Shown here piece after piece: positions 1-10,158 of a DNA stretch of 64,000 nucleotides. The notes beneath the pieces were generated by a model, which saw nothing but the letters and a program-made list of their open reading frames with translations, was not told the DNA's origin and ran no database searches. This DNA comes from Nitrospirota bacterium (GTDB taxonomy: Bacteria > Nitrospirota > UBA9217). Every line of letters begins with the position of its first letter. The stretch's first letter is position 1. The stretch spans positions 736,001 through 800,000 of the forward strand of contig CAWJQQ010000001.1 of NCBI GenBank assembly GCA_963845065.1. The letters run 5' to 3'. The position numbers were made by a program, and so were the translations under genes.

Positions 1-1509
1 AACAGACGTTACTTCTGTCACCATCGGCGATAATTCTATGAGACGTACACTCCCTTTTTGGTTTTTACGTTCCACTTCTGAAGGCTTGTATGAATCACCC
101 CAGAGTGTGCCAAAAACCTGGTTTACTATCTCGATGATTTCCTGTGTTGATCGGAAATTCCTGTCCAGTGTAAGGATCTCGCGCGATTCTGCAGGAATAT
201 TCTTTTCCATTTTATTTCTAACGTCCTCTAGTAAGCGGTAGTTTGCCTCGCGAAAACGGTATATGGACTGTTTTTCATCGCCTACGACGAAGAGAGTAGG
301 CCGCATGGGTTTATCCGCTCCCTGGCCCGCGAAGATCTCCTCGGTCAGTTTGTTCATGATGGCCCATTGGATGTCGCTCGTGTCCTGGAACTCGTCAACG
401 AGAATATGGAGGATCTTTCGGTCAAGCCAATAAAGGATATCGGGAGAGTCCTGCCCCTGGAGAAGGCGATAAGCATAGATCTCGAGGTCGTCGAAGTCCA
501 GAAGACCTTCCCTGAGCTTTGATTCCTGATAGTTGCTCTCGGCACGCTGGTACAAACGCAGGAGGCTTAAAGACTCATAGCCTGCCTGCCTGCTTGAATA
601 AAGCGTTCGCAGCCTCTCTAATATCTCCTGAACAGAGAGGAATGAGTTTTCATATTCTTCACGGTTTTTGCCCAGATATTTGCCTTTGGCGATGTAGGCT
701 CTTTTGCTCGGCGCGCCATCCTTTTTGAAATAGATTGTGGCAAGAGACTTCGAAATCCTCACGGCGGCTTCAATGGTTTCCTCTTTGGCCAACAGAAGAT
801 GCTTTTGTCCCAGACATTCATCATAAAAATCAGGCTGTGATTGGAGGATTTGCTCCATGTGTTGAAAAACCCTGCGCCATTCCGAGCTTGCAATAAATTC
901 CTGCAGCTTCGATTCTGCCTGGTCTATGCTCATGCCGGTACGGACGGTGCGAATTAATCCCGAAGGCCCGCCTGCATCGATTTCCATCCGTTTTAGCTTG
1001 CTTCTGATGGAGATTAAGAACGTAAGCACCGATACAAGCTCGTCGGCAGTGAATTGACCGAGCGGGTCCATGGCCCCGGAAACGTGGTCTGATTCCTCTA
1101 GTGCGGCTTCGATCGCATTTTGAATTTTATGAGTCTGGTCCCGTGCATCAAGCACGTCGAAATCGGGAGGAAGCCCTGCTTCAAGCGGATAACGTTTGAG
1201 CAGGTTCATACAGAAAGAGTGTATTGTGGATATGCGGAGGTCCTGCCTACCACGGATGATTTTTTTAAGCATGGCCTCAGGCAGGTCATGCATCACGCGC
1301 TCTTTAATCTCTGCTGCTGCTTTATCAGTGAACGTGATAGCTACGGCCTGATCGATGTTGAGACCGCGATTATCCAGCATGTCAAGGAGTGCGAGGTACC
1401 GGTCCTTGAGCGCACGCGTTTTACCTGAACCGGCGGAGGCCGAAAGGTGCACGGATTTTGATGGGTCGGCTGTTTTAGACATAACCTGGTTTTTGGAGTT
1501 GGCCGTCAT
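1..1509 (-). CDS. addA: AddA/UvrD-type SF1 helicase-nuclease, N-terminal part (runs off left edge)
   Basis: Manual translation from ATG 1509: MTANSK..SASAGSGKT (Walker A), AITFTDKAAAEIKER, LVDEFQDTS, VVGDEKQSIYRFREA; directly downstream of addB. Confidence 0.85.
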   Translation of the reverse strand, partial: MTANSKNQVMSKTADPSKSVHLSASAGSGKTRALKDRYLALLDMLDNRGLNIDQAVAITFTDKAAAEIKERVMHDLPEAMLKKIIRGRQDLRISTIHSFCMNLLKRYPLEAGLPPDFDVLDARDQTHKIQNAIEAALEESDHVSGAMDPLGQFTADELVSVLTFLISIRSKLKRMEIDAGGPSGLIRTVRTGMSIDQAESKLQEFIASSEWRRVFQHMEQILQSQPDFYDECLGQKHLLLAKEETIEAAVRISKSLATIYFKKDGAPSKRAYIAKGKYLGKNREEYENSFLSVQEILERLRTLYSSRQAGYESLSLLRLYQRAESNYQESKLREGLLDFDDLEIYAYRLLQGQDSPDILYWLDRKILHILVDEFQDTSDIQWAIMNKLTEEIFAGQGADKPMRPTLFVVGDEKQSIYRFREANYRLLEDVRNKMEKNIPAESREILTLDRNFRSTQEIIEIVNQVFGTLWGDSYKPSEVERKNQKGSVRLIELSPMVTEVTSV

Positions 1510-1542
1510 GTTTTCGTCATTGATAGGAGGGTACAACCGTCA

Positions 1543-4500
1543 TTATGTTTCTTCCTTCTCACACATCATTTTTATCGGACAGTATCGACACCTATTTTCG
1601 TCCTGTGGTTTCGAAGTAAAAGCTCCTGCGAGTATGCCCTCTACTGCCTTGCGTGCCTTGCCCATACTCTGCTTTAGTATTGTTTCGAACTCTTCTAGAC
1701 TCTTGGAGCTTGCATTCGGCTTTGATGATGGATGATCATCGCGTGCCTCATTATTAAAGAGAACTACATCGCGTGCGCCTGCATCGGTTTTGCCCGCGAG
1801 GTCATAGTAAGCAAGTCCAATGGGTTTATTAAGCTCTAGGCCGGGGCTTTTTAACGTTGACTGTGCCATTACTGCATAGACCGGGAGCTGGAATATGTCC
1901 TGGTCAGTATTCATTCTCGGCAGAGGGTATTTGCCGGTTTTGTAGTCTACGATGATGAAGTTGCCGTTTATGTCAACATCAATGCGGTCAATCTTGGCCG
2001 AGAGTTCGACTTCTTCGCCGTCAGAAAGGCTGAGGGGGAATCGATCAATCTTCTGTTCCAGATAAGCAGGCTTCATTCCCTGTTTCCAGAATCCTTCCTC
2101 TCCATCTAGAAACCGCTCGGCCATGACGGTAAGGAACAATTCCTTCTCGCGCCGATTGCGAAAGGTGTCCGCCTCGTCAGCAAAGGCAGCGTCAGCCAAT
2201 TTATTCAAGAGCACTCGTGCCTCGACTCTGCCCTCCCGCGTGACTGGGTTGCTCCAGGCAAGATAAAAATTCTTGAGGATTGTGTGCACTTTACTGCCTC
2301 GGTCAAGTGGAGAAATGTCTTCAGTCGCTTCCTCCAGAGGTCCAAGGCCTAAGACCTTCGTGACCAGGTAATCATAAGGACAGCGAAGATAGAGATCGAG
2401 TTCGGTGATCGAGAATGTACGCTTTTGTTTTGGCAGGATGGCGTGAGCGGATGCCACTGGCGCAGGTGCTATTGCCTCTGCAATGCCGGCCATACCACTA
2501 ATGCCAGAATTGAGGAGGTCCGTCAATCCCTTATCGCTTTTTACAAGACTGATGGCCTTGGCGAGTTCGGGAATACTGTGGCAATCCTCGATCATCAAGC
2601 TGCACTGAATACCGGATGTCTGCTTTATTCCGCGGTTTATCAAACCGCCATGCTTGAGGGGTGTTAGCTCCTCCAGGAATGGTGACGGTACCACAGGTCG
2701 GTCCCCTTCATTTTCAGGATAAGTCAGCGTAATCTTGTCCGCCGAGAGCAATAGCCGATAGAAATGACCGGCCGCGTTCAGACGCGCTTTTTCTAATGTG
2801 CGTACACCTAGGGTTTCCAACATCAATTCGGGCAGGAATATATTTTGAGGGAGACGCTGCGGAAACGTCCCATCGGTCAGACCGCCGAGATAGATTTCAT
2901 TCCAAGCGTGGCCCATGCTTTCTTCGAGCCCAAGAATCTGCACTCCTCCTTCGTCTTCGGGCGGCACCTGAAACCGGGTATGCATAAACGTCTTCTTAAG
3001 GAGGAAAAAATATTCATTGAACGTGTATCGGTACTCAGGGAAAAACTTTCCAGCCTGAGAAAGCGAAGTGAGCGTGTCTTTCATTTTTTTATGCGCCTGC
3101 AAATTGATGTTCAGGGGGCCTTTGATAAGCGCCACCCGTGCGGCGAGTCCGGACCATGTCATAAGATGCGAGAACCGCTCCATCCATATAGAAAGCGGCG
3201 CCGTATCCTTCCGGGAGAATGGTTCGAGACTGCCTAAGAGGTCCTTGAGTGGTCCGCTGAGTATGTCATTGTCTTTTTCACCAGGTACATGATACTTCAG
3301 CGCAGACAGCAGCTTCTCCTTTCCCCCAGTTATGCGACTATGTCGGATAAGCCTGTCGAGAACAGGGGCGAGCTCCGGAATCTCGCCAAATTTCAGGAGT
3401 GTTGAACTGAATATGCGTACGAGTGACGGGCCGGAGAAATCTTCCTGACAAGCTCGAAGCAAAGAGATGACCGTGGTTGCCACGGGAGAAGAGCTAAGCT
3501 GCCTACCGAGGGCGCGGTTGTAGGGGATACCGTAATCGGTAAAAATCTCTTCAACGAGCGGGCCATATTCGTCGAGTCCAGGAAAGGCAACGAGGATTGA
3601 GTCAGGAGTTGTTCCTTGTTTAAGCGACTGCTTCACACCGGCGGCAATGAGCGATACTTCTTCACGGGCATTGACGGTGGAGAGCAATCTGATGTCTTTT
3701 GAAAATGATAGAGGATCGGGCGCTTCCGCGGCAGATGTTTCGAACGTTTTATCCGAGAATAATACCGAGGAGAGGAACAGCTCGTTTCTGCCGGGTGCAT
3801 AACCTCCCGCTTCAGGAGAGACCCCCAGCAGCGAGATGAAATCTTTAGTTATACTGAGCGGGTGAAATGCCGATGCTTTTGTAATAAGCGCCACAGACGT
3901 CGCCTGTACGAGGAATGTACAGTTCTCTCGAACAGCCGTTTTTAGGAGGATTTCGGTTTCAATTCTCCCTGCATCGTGAAGGCCGTCGATAATGATACTA
4001 GTATAGCCGGCGAGGGCTCCAGATGCGACATGGTCTCGTATGTGTGCGCGCATGCCAGCAGGGTCCGTTATATTCCTATACTTGAGCTCTCTTTCGTAGT
4101 CACGGTATACAGCAATGAGTAGCATTACCTGTTGCTTATCGGAAAAATCTTCCCCTTTGATCCTGCGGTCAAGATCATCGGCACTTACGCCTGCCGCTGA
4201 CAATTGTTCTATCATTTTTGCGAGTTCAGCGGAAAGAGCAGGGGCAAGCAGGTCAGGGTTCTGGCCGAAGAGACGGCCGCTGGTGAGATGCCCTTTGACA
4301 ATGCCTTCGAGCAGTATGATTCTGCTGTTTTCGTCGATGAGGCGAGGACCCTGCAAAGGGGCGTATAGATGCTCGAAAAGCTGGTGAAGTGTCAGGATCT
4401 TGGGCTGGACGAGTGCAGCGGCGCCGAATTTTATCTGAACTATGTCCAAAAGCATCTTCCCGTAGGTGCGCTTCATGCGCGATGAGGAGACGATGATCAG

Positions 4501-4611
4501 AGCATCGTTAAAGATAAATGGCGGCGTTGGCCGGGAAGAGATGATTTCTTCTAGTAAGCGTCGTTTTTCTTTCCAGCCTTCATTCCCATGTGGTATTACG
4601 AGTAATTTCAT
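1543..4611 (-). CDS. addB: AddB-like inactive helicase plus PD-(D/E)XK nuclease with Fe-S staple
   Basis: 1022 aa; C-terminal KIDRID..IVDYKTG..QLPVY; CPY plus CRYCPIKMMC four-Cys staple; adjacent to addA. Confidence 0.85.
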   Translation of the reverse strand: MKLLVIPHGNEGWKEKRRLLEEIISSRPTPPFIFNDALIIVSSSRMKRTYGKMLLDIVQIKFGAAALVQPKILTLHQLFEHLYAPLQGPRLIDENSRIILLEGIVKGHLTSGRLFGQNPDLLAPALSAELAKMIEQLSAAGVSADDLDRRIKGEDFSDKQQVMLLIAVYRDYERELKYRNITDPAGMRAHIRDHVASGALAGYTSIIIDGLHDAGRIETEILLKTAVRENCTFLVQATSVALITKASAFHPLSITKDFISLLGVSPEAGGYAPGRNELFLSSVLFSDKTFETSAAEAPDPLSFSKDIRLLSTVNAREEVSLIAAGVKQSLKQGTTPDSILVAFPGLDEYGPLVEEIFTDYGIPYNRALGRQLSSSPVATTVISLLRACQEDFSGPSLVRIFSSTLLKFGEIPELAPVLDRLIRHSRITGGKEKLLSALKYHVPGEKDNDILSGPLKDLLGSLEPFSRKDTAPLSIWMERFSHLMTWSGLAARVALIKGPLNINLQAHKKMKDTLTSLSQAGKFFPEYRYTFNEYFFLLKKTFMHTRFQVPPEDEGGVQILGLEESMGHAWNEIYLGGLTDGTFPQRLPQNIFLPELMLETLGVRTLEKARLNAAGHFYRLLLSADKITLTYPENEGDRPVVPSPFLEELTPLKHGGLINRGIKQTSGIQCSLMIEDCHSIPELAKAISLVKSDKGLTDLLNSGISGMAGIAEAIAPAPVASAHAILPKQKRTFSITELDLYLRCPYDYLVTKVLGLGPLEEATEDISPLDRGSKVHTILKNFYLAWSNPVTREGRVEARVLLNKLADAAFADEADTFRNRREKELFLTVMAERFLDGEEGFWKQGMKPAYLEQKIDRFPLSLSDGEEVELSAKIDRIDVDINGNFIIVDYKTGKYPLPRMNTDQDIFQLPVYAVMAQSTLKSPGLELNKPIGLAYYDLAGKTDAGARDVVLFNNEARDDHPSSKPNASSKSLEEFETILKQSMGKARKAVEGILAGAFTSKPQDENRCRYCPIKMMCEKEET

Positions 4612-4686
4612 TATGGGGTGATTATGCCATAAGTAAAAATTATTGACAATGATAAGTGCTTAGTTTATATTACAAACAATTGTTAT

Positions 4687-4884
4687 ATGCAGTATAGCAT
4701 TGCTGAAAATAGATGCTCGGGATGCGGGACCTGTCTGGATGTGTGTCCAACTGAGGCGATTAGAATGCAAGAAGGGCATGCAATTATAACAGTAGAATGC
4801 ATTGGTTGCGGTGCCTGTCCGCGGGTCTGCCCTGAAGGCGCGATAAAGCAGGTGCTCATCACAACTGTCCAAAATTTTTTCTGA
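4687..4884 (+). CDS. 2x[4Fe-4S] ferredoxin
   Basis: Two CxxCxxCxxxCP motifs in 65 aa. Confidence 0.9.
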   Translation: MQYSIAENRCSGCGTCLDVCPTEAIRMQEGHAIITVECIGCGACPRVCPEGAIKQVLITTVQNFF

Positions 4885-4905
4885 AATGGTTTAAAGGAGG
4901 TTGGA

Positions 4906-5229
4906 ATGGCTGAAGCGGTGACGAGTACGACATGGGAGCAGGAAGTATTGAAAGCACCCGGCCTTGTGCTGGTGGATTTTTGGGCAGTCTGGTGCGGTCC
5001 CTGCAGAATGGTGGCGCCAATCGTAGACGAAATCTCCAAAGAGTACGAAGGCAAACTTAAAGTGTTGAAGTTAAACACTGATGAAAACCCGGACGTGGCC
5101 GGCAAGTACCGTATCATGGGCATTCCGACCCTCATGTTCTTTAAAAACGGCCAGACTGTCGACCAAGTCGTGGGCGCTGTACCGAAGGCCCAGCTTAAAA
5201 CCAAAGTAGACACGTTGCTGGCAAAATAA
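4906..5229 (+). CDS. trxA: Thioredoxin
   Basis: WCGPC motif, 107 aa, AGGAGG RBS. Confidence 0.95.
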   Translation: MAEAVTSTTWEQEVLKAPGLVLVDFWAVWCGPCRMVAPIVDEISKEYEGKLKVLKLNTDENPDVAGKYRIMGIPTLMFFKNGQTVDQVVGAVPKAQLKTKVDTLLAK

Positions 5230-5276
5230 CCGTTGTTTTCATCGCACCATGAGCAATGTAAGCATTGACTTTTGGT

Positions 5277-5300
5277 TGCCCGTTTCGGCGGGCATTTTTT
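5277..5300 (+). terminator. Intrinsic terminator after trxA
   Basis: TGCCCGT-TTCG-GCGGGCA stem followed by a T run. Confidence 0.7.
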
Positions 5301-5335
5301 ATTTTTTACTTGGAGAGAAGAAGGAGAGCCTGACG

Positions 5336-5824
5336 ATGGCCGGAAAAATACTGGCGGCATCAGCCATCCTTGTGCTGTTATTCAGCTGCATGGATAATGC
5401 GCCAAAATCGAGGGGAGCCATGGCCACTGATTTTACCCTTCAGGATCTGAATGGGGGGGGGAACGTGGTGCTCTCGGAGATGAAAGGAAGGGTTGTCCTG
5501 CTCGAGTTTTGGGCGACGTGGTGTCCGCCGTGTCGCGCATCGATCCCGGGTATTGAAAGACTCCATGAAAAGTACAAAGACAAGGGTGTGGTTGTTCTTG
5601 CCGTATCAATGGATGACAACGGATGGGATGCAGTACAGTCTTTTGTCAAGGAAAACGGTATAAAGTACACGGTGCTCAAAGGCAACGAAGATATCGCTGA
5701 AAAGTACCAGGTGCGTTCGATCCCGATGCTATTGGTGATTGATAAAGAAGGCAAAATTGTAAAACGCTATCTCGGTTACGGAAGCGACGAAGACGTCGAG
5801 AGAGACATTAAGGCAATTCTTTAG
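5336..5824 (+). CDS. TlpA/ResA-family thiol-disulfide oxidoreductase, probable lipoprotein
   Basis: FWATWCPPC; LLFSC lipobox; start moved to ATG 5336 after AAGGAG. Confidence 0.85.
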   Translation: MAGKILAASAILVLLFSCMDNAPKSRGAMATDFTLQDLNGGGNVVLSEMKGRVVLLEFWATWCPPCRASIPGIERLHEKYKDKGVVVLAVSMDDNGWDAVQSFVKENGIKYTVLKGNEDIAEKYQVRSIPMLLVIDKEGKIVKRYLGYGSDEDVERDIKAIL

Positions 5825-5850
5825 CCGGCGTTACGCTGCCGGTTTTTTGA

Positions 5851-5879
5851 TTGACAACACCAGGGCCTGCCGTTATAAT
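5851..5879 (+). promoter_or_regulatory. Consensus sigma70 promoter of tRNA-Gly
   Basis: TTGACA-17 nt-TATAAT, 11 nt upstream of the tRNA. Confidence 0.85.
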
Positions 5880-5890
5880 GATTTTCGAAA

Positions 5891-5966
5891 GCGGGCGTAG
5901 CTCAGTTGGTAGAGTACAAGCTTCCCAAGCTTGGGGTCGCGGGTTCGAGACCCGTCGCCCGCTCCA
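5891..5966 (+). tRNA. tRNA-Gly(CCC)
   Basis: GCGGGCG acceptor stem, anticodon arm CAAGC-TTCCCAA-GCTTG, GGTTCGAGACC T arm, encoded CCA. Confidence 0.97.
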
Positions 5967-5997
5967 TTTTTGCACTACTATTTTTCACGCACGAATG

Positions 5998-6030
5998 ACC
6001 CCTGCCTGATACAACAGGTAGGGTTTTTTT
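5998..6030 (+). terminator. Intrinsic terminator after tRNA
   Basis: CCCTGCCTG..CAGGTAGGG hairpin plus T7. Confidence 0.7.
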
Positions 6031-6051
6031 GTCTATGACCGATGCGTCGTT

Positions 6052-6573
6052 ATGACTCATAAACTTTATTTCATAACCGGAGGGGCCCGATCGGGAAAGT
6101 CTTCTTTTGCAGAGAAGCTGGCTCTCGACATGACCGGCAAACGAGCTTATATCGCCACTGCACAAGCCCTCGACGCCGAGATGTCAGACAGGATCGAGAA
6201 GCATCGGATAAAACGCGGAAATTCCTGGGACACTTTCGAGGAACCTCTGGCCGTGGCTGAACTCCTGCGAAAGTTTACGAACCGGTACCAGATTGTGCTC
6301 CTCGATTGCCTCACGCTCTGGTTGGGCAATGTCATGGCCCACACCGATGAGGACGGAGCTGTTGCCATGCGTTCGGACGAGTTGGTGAAAGCTGCCCAGG
6401 ACTTCGAAGGCGTGTGCATTGTTGTATCGAACGAAGTCGGGCTTGGTATCGTTCCCGAAAATCCGCTTGCAAGGAAATATCGTGATTTTGCCGGTCTCCT
6501 GAATCAGAAAGTAGCGCAAGCGTCGGATAAAGTGTATTTTACGGTGTCGGGAATTCCGTTGAAGATAAAGTGA
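6052..6573 (+). CDS. cobU: Adenosylcobinamide kinase / adenosylcobinamide-phosphate guanylyltransferase
   Basis: GGARSGKS, LLDCLTLW, VSNEVGLGIVP. Confidence 0.95.
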   Translation: MTHKLYFITGGARSGKSSFAEKLALDMTGKRAYIATAQALDAEMSDRIEKHRIKRGNSWDTFEEPLAVAELLRKFTNRYQIVLLDCLTLWLGNVMAHTDEDGAVAMRSDELVKAAQDFEGVCIVVSNEVGLGIVPENPLARKYRDFAGLLNQKVAQASDKVYFTVSGIPLKIK

Positions 6574-6728
6574 TATGCTTATTGAATACGAGTAAGAATC
6601 GTTACGGCAACCCCAGACTTCCGCATGTGCAAGGGATAGCTGCGGCTGACGAGATGAATCTTCGGACGCAGATGTACGCTACATAGTCAGATCAAGACAG
6701 AGAGCAAAAAAATGAGGGGACAAAAGAC

Positions 6729-7799
6729 GTGGGAAGATTGCAGGATCTAATAAACAAAATTCAGCCCGTTGATGCTTCACGAGCCAATGCGATACAGGCC
6801 CAACTTGACAACTTGACGAAACCACAGGGGAGCCTTGGCAGGCTCGAAGAGCTTGCTAAAAAATATTGTCTAATCACCGGGAGAGACAAACCGCGTATCA
6901 AAAATAAAATTATCTTTACGTTTGCCGGCGACCACGGTGTGACCGAAGAGAGCGTGAGTGCTTTCCCGAAAGAAGTGACGGCACAGATGGTATTGAATTT
7001 TATCCGAGGTGGAGCAGGGGTGAACGTACTCGCGAAGCACGTGGGAGCACGGGTGATTGTTGTTGACATGGGCGTCGACTACGACTTCGAGCCCATGGAA
7101 GGGCTCGAGATCCGGAAGATCGCTCGCGGGACGAGGAACATGGCCTTGGGCCCGGTCATGACGCGTGATGAGGCGGAGCGTGCTGTGCTCGCTGGAATTG
7201 AGCTGGTCAAAAAGTATAAAGACGGACTCGACCTGCTCGGTACCGGAGATATGGGCATCGGCAACACGACCCCGTCATCGGCAATTGCCTGCGTCATCAC
7301 CGGAGCTGATCCGGACAAGGTGACAGGTCGTGGCACCGGCATCAGCGACCAATCGTTGCGCAATAAGGTCGCCATTATCAAGAGGGCAATCATCGTGAAC
7401 AAACCTGATCCCAAAGATGCACTCGATGTGCTGGCCAAGGTCGGCGGTTACGAAATTGGCGGCATCGCGGGTCTTGTACTCGGTGCTGCGTTGTACAAGA
7501 TCCCGGTTGTCGTTGATGGGTTTATCTCCACGGCTGGCGCTCTCATCGCTGCGGAATTGAACCCTCTGGTGAAGGGTTATATCATCGCTGCACACCAGTC
7601 CGTCGAGATCGGTCACCGCAAGATGCTTGAGCACCTGGAGCAGGTGCCGCTCCTCGATCTGAACCTAAGACTCGGTGAAGGCACTGGCGCTGCGCTAGGA
7701 ATGTCGATCGTAGAAGCCGGTGTAAAAATTCTTGGAGAGATGGCCACCTTTGCCGGTGCCGGTGTGGCTGAGAAAAACGGAGAAGCTGTAAAAAAATAG
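6729..7799 (+). CDS. cobT: Nicotinate-nucleotide--DMB phosphoribosyltransferase
   Basis: [37 protein letters not shown]. Confidence 0.95.
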   Translation: MGRLQDLINKIQPVDASRANAIQAQLDNLTKPQGSLGRLEELAKKYCLITGRDKPRIKNKIIFTFAGDHGVTEESVSAFPKEVTAQMVLNFIRGGAGVNVLAKHVGARVIVVDMGVDYDFEPMEGLEIRKIARGTRNMALGPVMTRDEAERAVLAGIELVKKYKDGLDLLGTGDMGIGNTTPSSAIACVITGADPDKVTGRGTGISDQSLRNKVAIIKRAIIVNKPDPKDALDVLAKVGGYEIGGIAGLVLGAALYKIPVVVDGFISTAGALIAAELNPLVKGYIIAAHQSVEIGHRKMLEHLEQVPLLDLNLRLGEGTGAALGMSIVEAGVKILGEMATFAGAGVAEKNGEAVKK

Positions 7800-7967
7800 A
7801 GGCCATTTCTCCAAGCCCAGTCAATCAAGGACCAAAACTGTAATACTTCAGGTTATCACCAAATCGGGACGGCTCAGCTGAGTTTTCAACAAAGCCTTAT
7901 CATCGAAATACGGGTTTTGTTAATCGTTCTTCTATTAGGATTAAAATTCCCTCAGATTGATCGAACT

Positions 7968-8738
7968 ATGATTAAAAATTTTATAACCGCATTGCAGTTT
8001 CTCACTGCAGTTACCGTAAAGAAGGATCACCCTATTGAGGAAGGTGACTTGGCGAAATCCATGGTCTATTTTCCGCTTATTGGCTTCCTGATAGGTGTCA
8101 TTCTGGTCTACGCGGACAAAGTATTCACTTTCATTGTACTGCCTCAAAACATCGCGAACCTGTTGCTTATCGTGATCATGCTCCTCGTTACGCGTGCCCT
8201 CCATATTGACGGCTTGGCGGACACGCTCGACGGTCTCATGGGAGGTCATGATGACACGACCCGGCTTGCGATCATGAAGGATAGCAGGCTTGGGACTGCC
8301 GGCGTGCTCGGCATCGTCTGTGTCCTCTCCCTGAAATATCTGAGTCTTAACGACCTGTATAATAGCGATAAGATAGTAGCGCTACTGACGGCGCCGGCAC
8401 TCGCCCGCTGGTCGCAAACGTTCATGGCGTTTGGCACGAACTACGGCCGCGAACACGGCATGGGAAAAGCATTTGTCGGACATCTCAGAACCAACAGCTT
8501 TGCCGTGGTTTCCTCTATAGCCGTGGGCCTGACGGCATTCGTTATAGTACGTGGGGATGTCAGGTCCGTAGTGCTTTTCTTTAGTCTGATCGTCGGTGTC
8601 GTACTGATAAGTTACCTAGGAAGACGGTATCTGGTTCGAAAGCTCGGCGGAATTACGGGTGATGCTATCGGAGCCATAAGTGAACTGAACGAAGTGTTAG
8701 TGTTTCTTATCTTCATAATTTTTTCGAACGGAAGCTAG
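7968..8738 (+). CDS. cobS: Adenosylcobinamide-GDP ribazoletransferase (cobalamin synthase)
   Basis: LHIDGLADTLDG, MKDSRLG, GGITGDAIGA; hydrophobic; ATG 7968 preferred. Confidence 0.93.
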   Translation: MIKNFITALQFLTAVTVKKDHPIEEGDLAKSMVYFPLIGFLIGVILVYADKVFTFIVLPQNIANLLLIVIMLLVTRALHIDGLADTLDGLMGGHDDTTRLAIMKDSRLGTAGVLGIVCVLSLKYLSLNDLYNSDKIVALLTAPALARWSQTFMAFGTNYGREHGMGKAFVGHLRTNSFAVVSSIAVGLTAFVIVRGDVRSVVLFFSLIVGVVLISYLGRRYLVRKLGGITGDAIGAISELNEVLVFLIFIIFSNGS

Positions 8739-8742
8739 CACT

Positions 8743-9339
8743 ATGGAGACCAAGGTCTACCTAATGCGCCACGGAGAAGTGGCGAACAGTGGCGAGAAAC
8801 GATACAACGGCCACATCGATATTGATATAACAGAAAACGGTGTTCAGCAAATGCATCGGCTTGCGGGCCTGCTTGAAGGTAAGAACATTTCGTCGGTCTA
8901 TTCCAGCGATCTCATTCGCTCAATGAAAGGCGCAGATATTATTTCTCGACGAATTGGGAAATCGTACACATCTGTGCCCGAACTGCGGGAGCGGAGCGTG
9001 GGTGCATGGGAAGGTTTGACTGCAGCAGAGATCAAGGCCCGTTTCCCCGACGAATATCTTCTTTGGCGTGGCGATCTTTTGAACTACCGGCCGCCGGGTG
9101 GGGAATGTCTTCTTGATGTCAAGGACCGGATCTTACCTGTTTTCAAGAACTTGATGTCATCACATCCCGGGCAGGAGATTGCCATGCTGCTCCACGGTGG
9201 CGTGAACCGCGTGATCCTGGCCGATGCTCTCGGTCTGGACATGAGGAATATGTTCCGGGTTGATCAGTCGTACGGCGCTCTGAACGTCATCGACTACTTT
9301 GACGACGGCATGGCCATCGTCAGGCTTTTGAACGGCTGA
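8743..9339 (+). CDS. cobC: Alpha-ribazole phosphatase (histidine phosphatase family)
   Basis: RHGE and HGG motifs; position in cobUTS operon. Confidence 0.85.
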   Translation: METKVYLMRHGEVANSGEKRYNGHIDIDITENGVQQMHRLAGLLEGKNISSVYSSDLIRSMKGADIISRRIGKSYTSVPELRERSVGAWEGLTAAEIKARFPDEYLLWRGDLLNYRPPGGECLLDVKDRILPVFKNLMSSHPGQEIAMLLHGGVNRVILADALGLDMRNMFRVDQSYGALNVIDYFDDGMAIVRLLNG

Positions 9340-9415
9340 ACCTGTATATATAATCATTAAAGTCTCGTAAGGAATGGAGATCTCACAAATCTTTCATGAT
9401 CAAGGGAGAGCAAAT

Positions 9416-9622
9416 ATGACGACAAAAATAATTCTTAGAATGCTATTTCTTATAATAGGCGAGGAGCTTGCCTTTAGCGGGACATAAGGCGAAGGACAGG
9501 CGATACTGGGGGAGGACACTACGATGTCCCAGGGCAAGGCCACGGCCTTGAACAACGCTCGCAGGGATGCACTTGAGAAAGCGACCGGAATAGAGGTGCG
9601 TGGTTCATCGGGAGGAATGTGA
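9416..9622 (+). pseudogene. Remnant of a secreted protein with FlgT-N-like segment
   Basis: Signal-like start, TAA at 9485, then GEGQAILGEDTT..KATALNNARRDALEKATGIEV; truncated. Confidence 0.4.
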
Positions 9623-9690
9623 TCGAGAAGAATGTTCGCTAGAAAATAATTGACTTTATGCATATCTTGCCGTATTGTAAACACACCGAA

Positions 9691-9772
9691 TGCTGGGGGA
9701 GCCGAGAGGCTGAGAGTCCTGAGAGGACGACCCTTAGAACCTGATCCGGGTAGTACCGGCGTAGGGAAGGCG
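9691..9772 (+). ncRNA. TPP riboswitch aptamer
   Basis: GGGG..GCTGAGA..GACCCTTAGAACCTGATCCGGGTAGTACCGGCGTAGGGAAG; upstream of thi genes; TTGACT-17-TATTGT promoter at 9650-9678. Confidence 0.95.
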
Positions 9773-9798
9773 AGAATATCATTATCGAAGACCTTTCG

Positions 9799-9833
9799 AG
9801 CCGTATCCTGACCGGATACGGTTTTTTATTTTT
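9799..9833 (+). terminator. Riboswitch expression-platform terminator
   Basis: AGCCGTATCC-TGACC-GGATACGGTT plus T tract between aptamer and thiS. Confidence 0.85.
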
Positions 9834-9906
9834 GAGAAGCGAAGCCAAAAACAAGAACATCGAGAAAGGGAAAAGATACTCCTAGGGGTTCGCTGTAAAA
9901 AAAAAC

Positions 9907-10155
9907 ATGAAGATAACACTGAATGGAGAAAAAAAGGAAGTCCTTGATAACATTACAGTCCATGGCCTTCTAGAGATTCTGGACATACAGCACCAGCGTG
10001 TGGCAGTAGAATTGAATGAGACGATTGTGAAAAAAGATACATACGGCACTACGACGATCAAGGATGGTGATGCACTTGAAGTGGTCAGTTTTATGGGGGG
10101 TGGGATGATCAACGCCGATAGTTTTGCGTTTAGAGAAAATACGAGGAGTATATAA
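9907..10155 (+). CDS. thiS: Sulfur carrier ThiS with 16-aa C-terminal extension
   Basis: MKITLNGE..VAVELN..GDALEVVSFMGGG followed by extra residues. Confidence 0.9.
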   Translation: MKITLNGEKKEVLDNITVHGLLEILDIQHQRVAVELNETIVKKDTYGTTTIKDGDALEVVSFMGGGMINADSFAFRENTRSI

Positions 10156-10158
10156 GAA

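Noticed and set aside
5902..6165. Minus-strand 87-aa ORF
   Set aside because: Antisense shadow of the tRNA and cobU
5970..6728. Cobalamin riboswitch before the cob genes
   Set aside because: No B12-box or GGGAA/GCCACTG pattern recognised in the intergenic DNA
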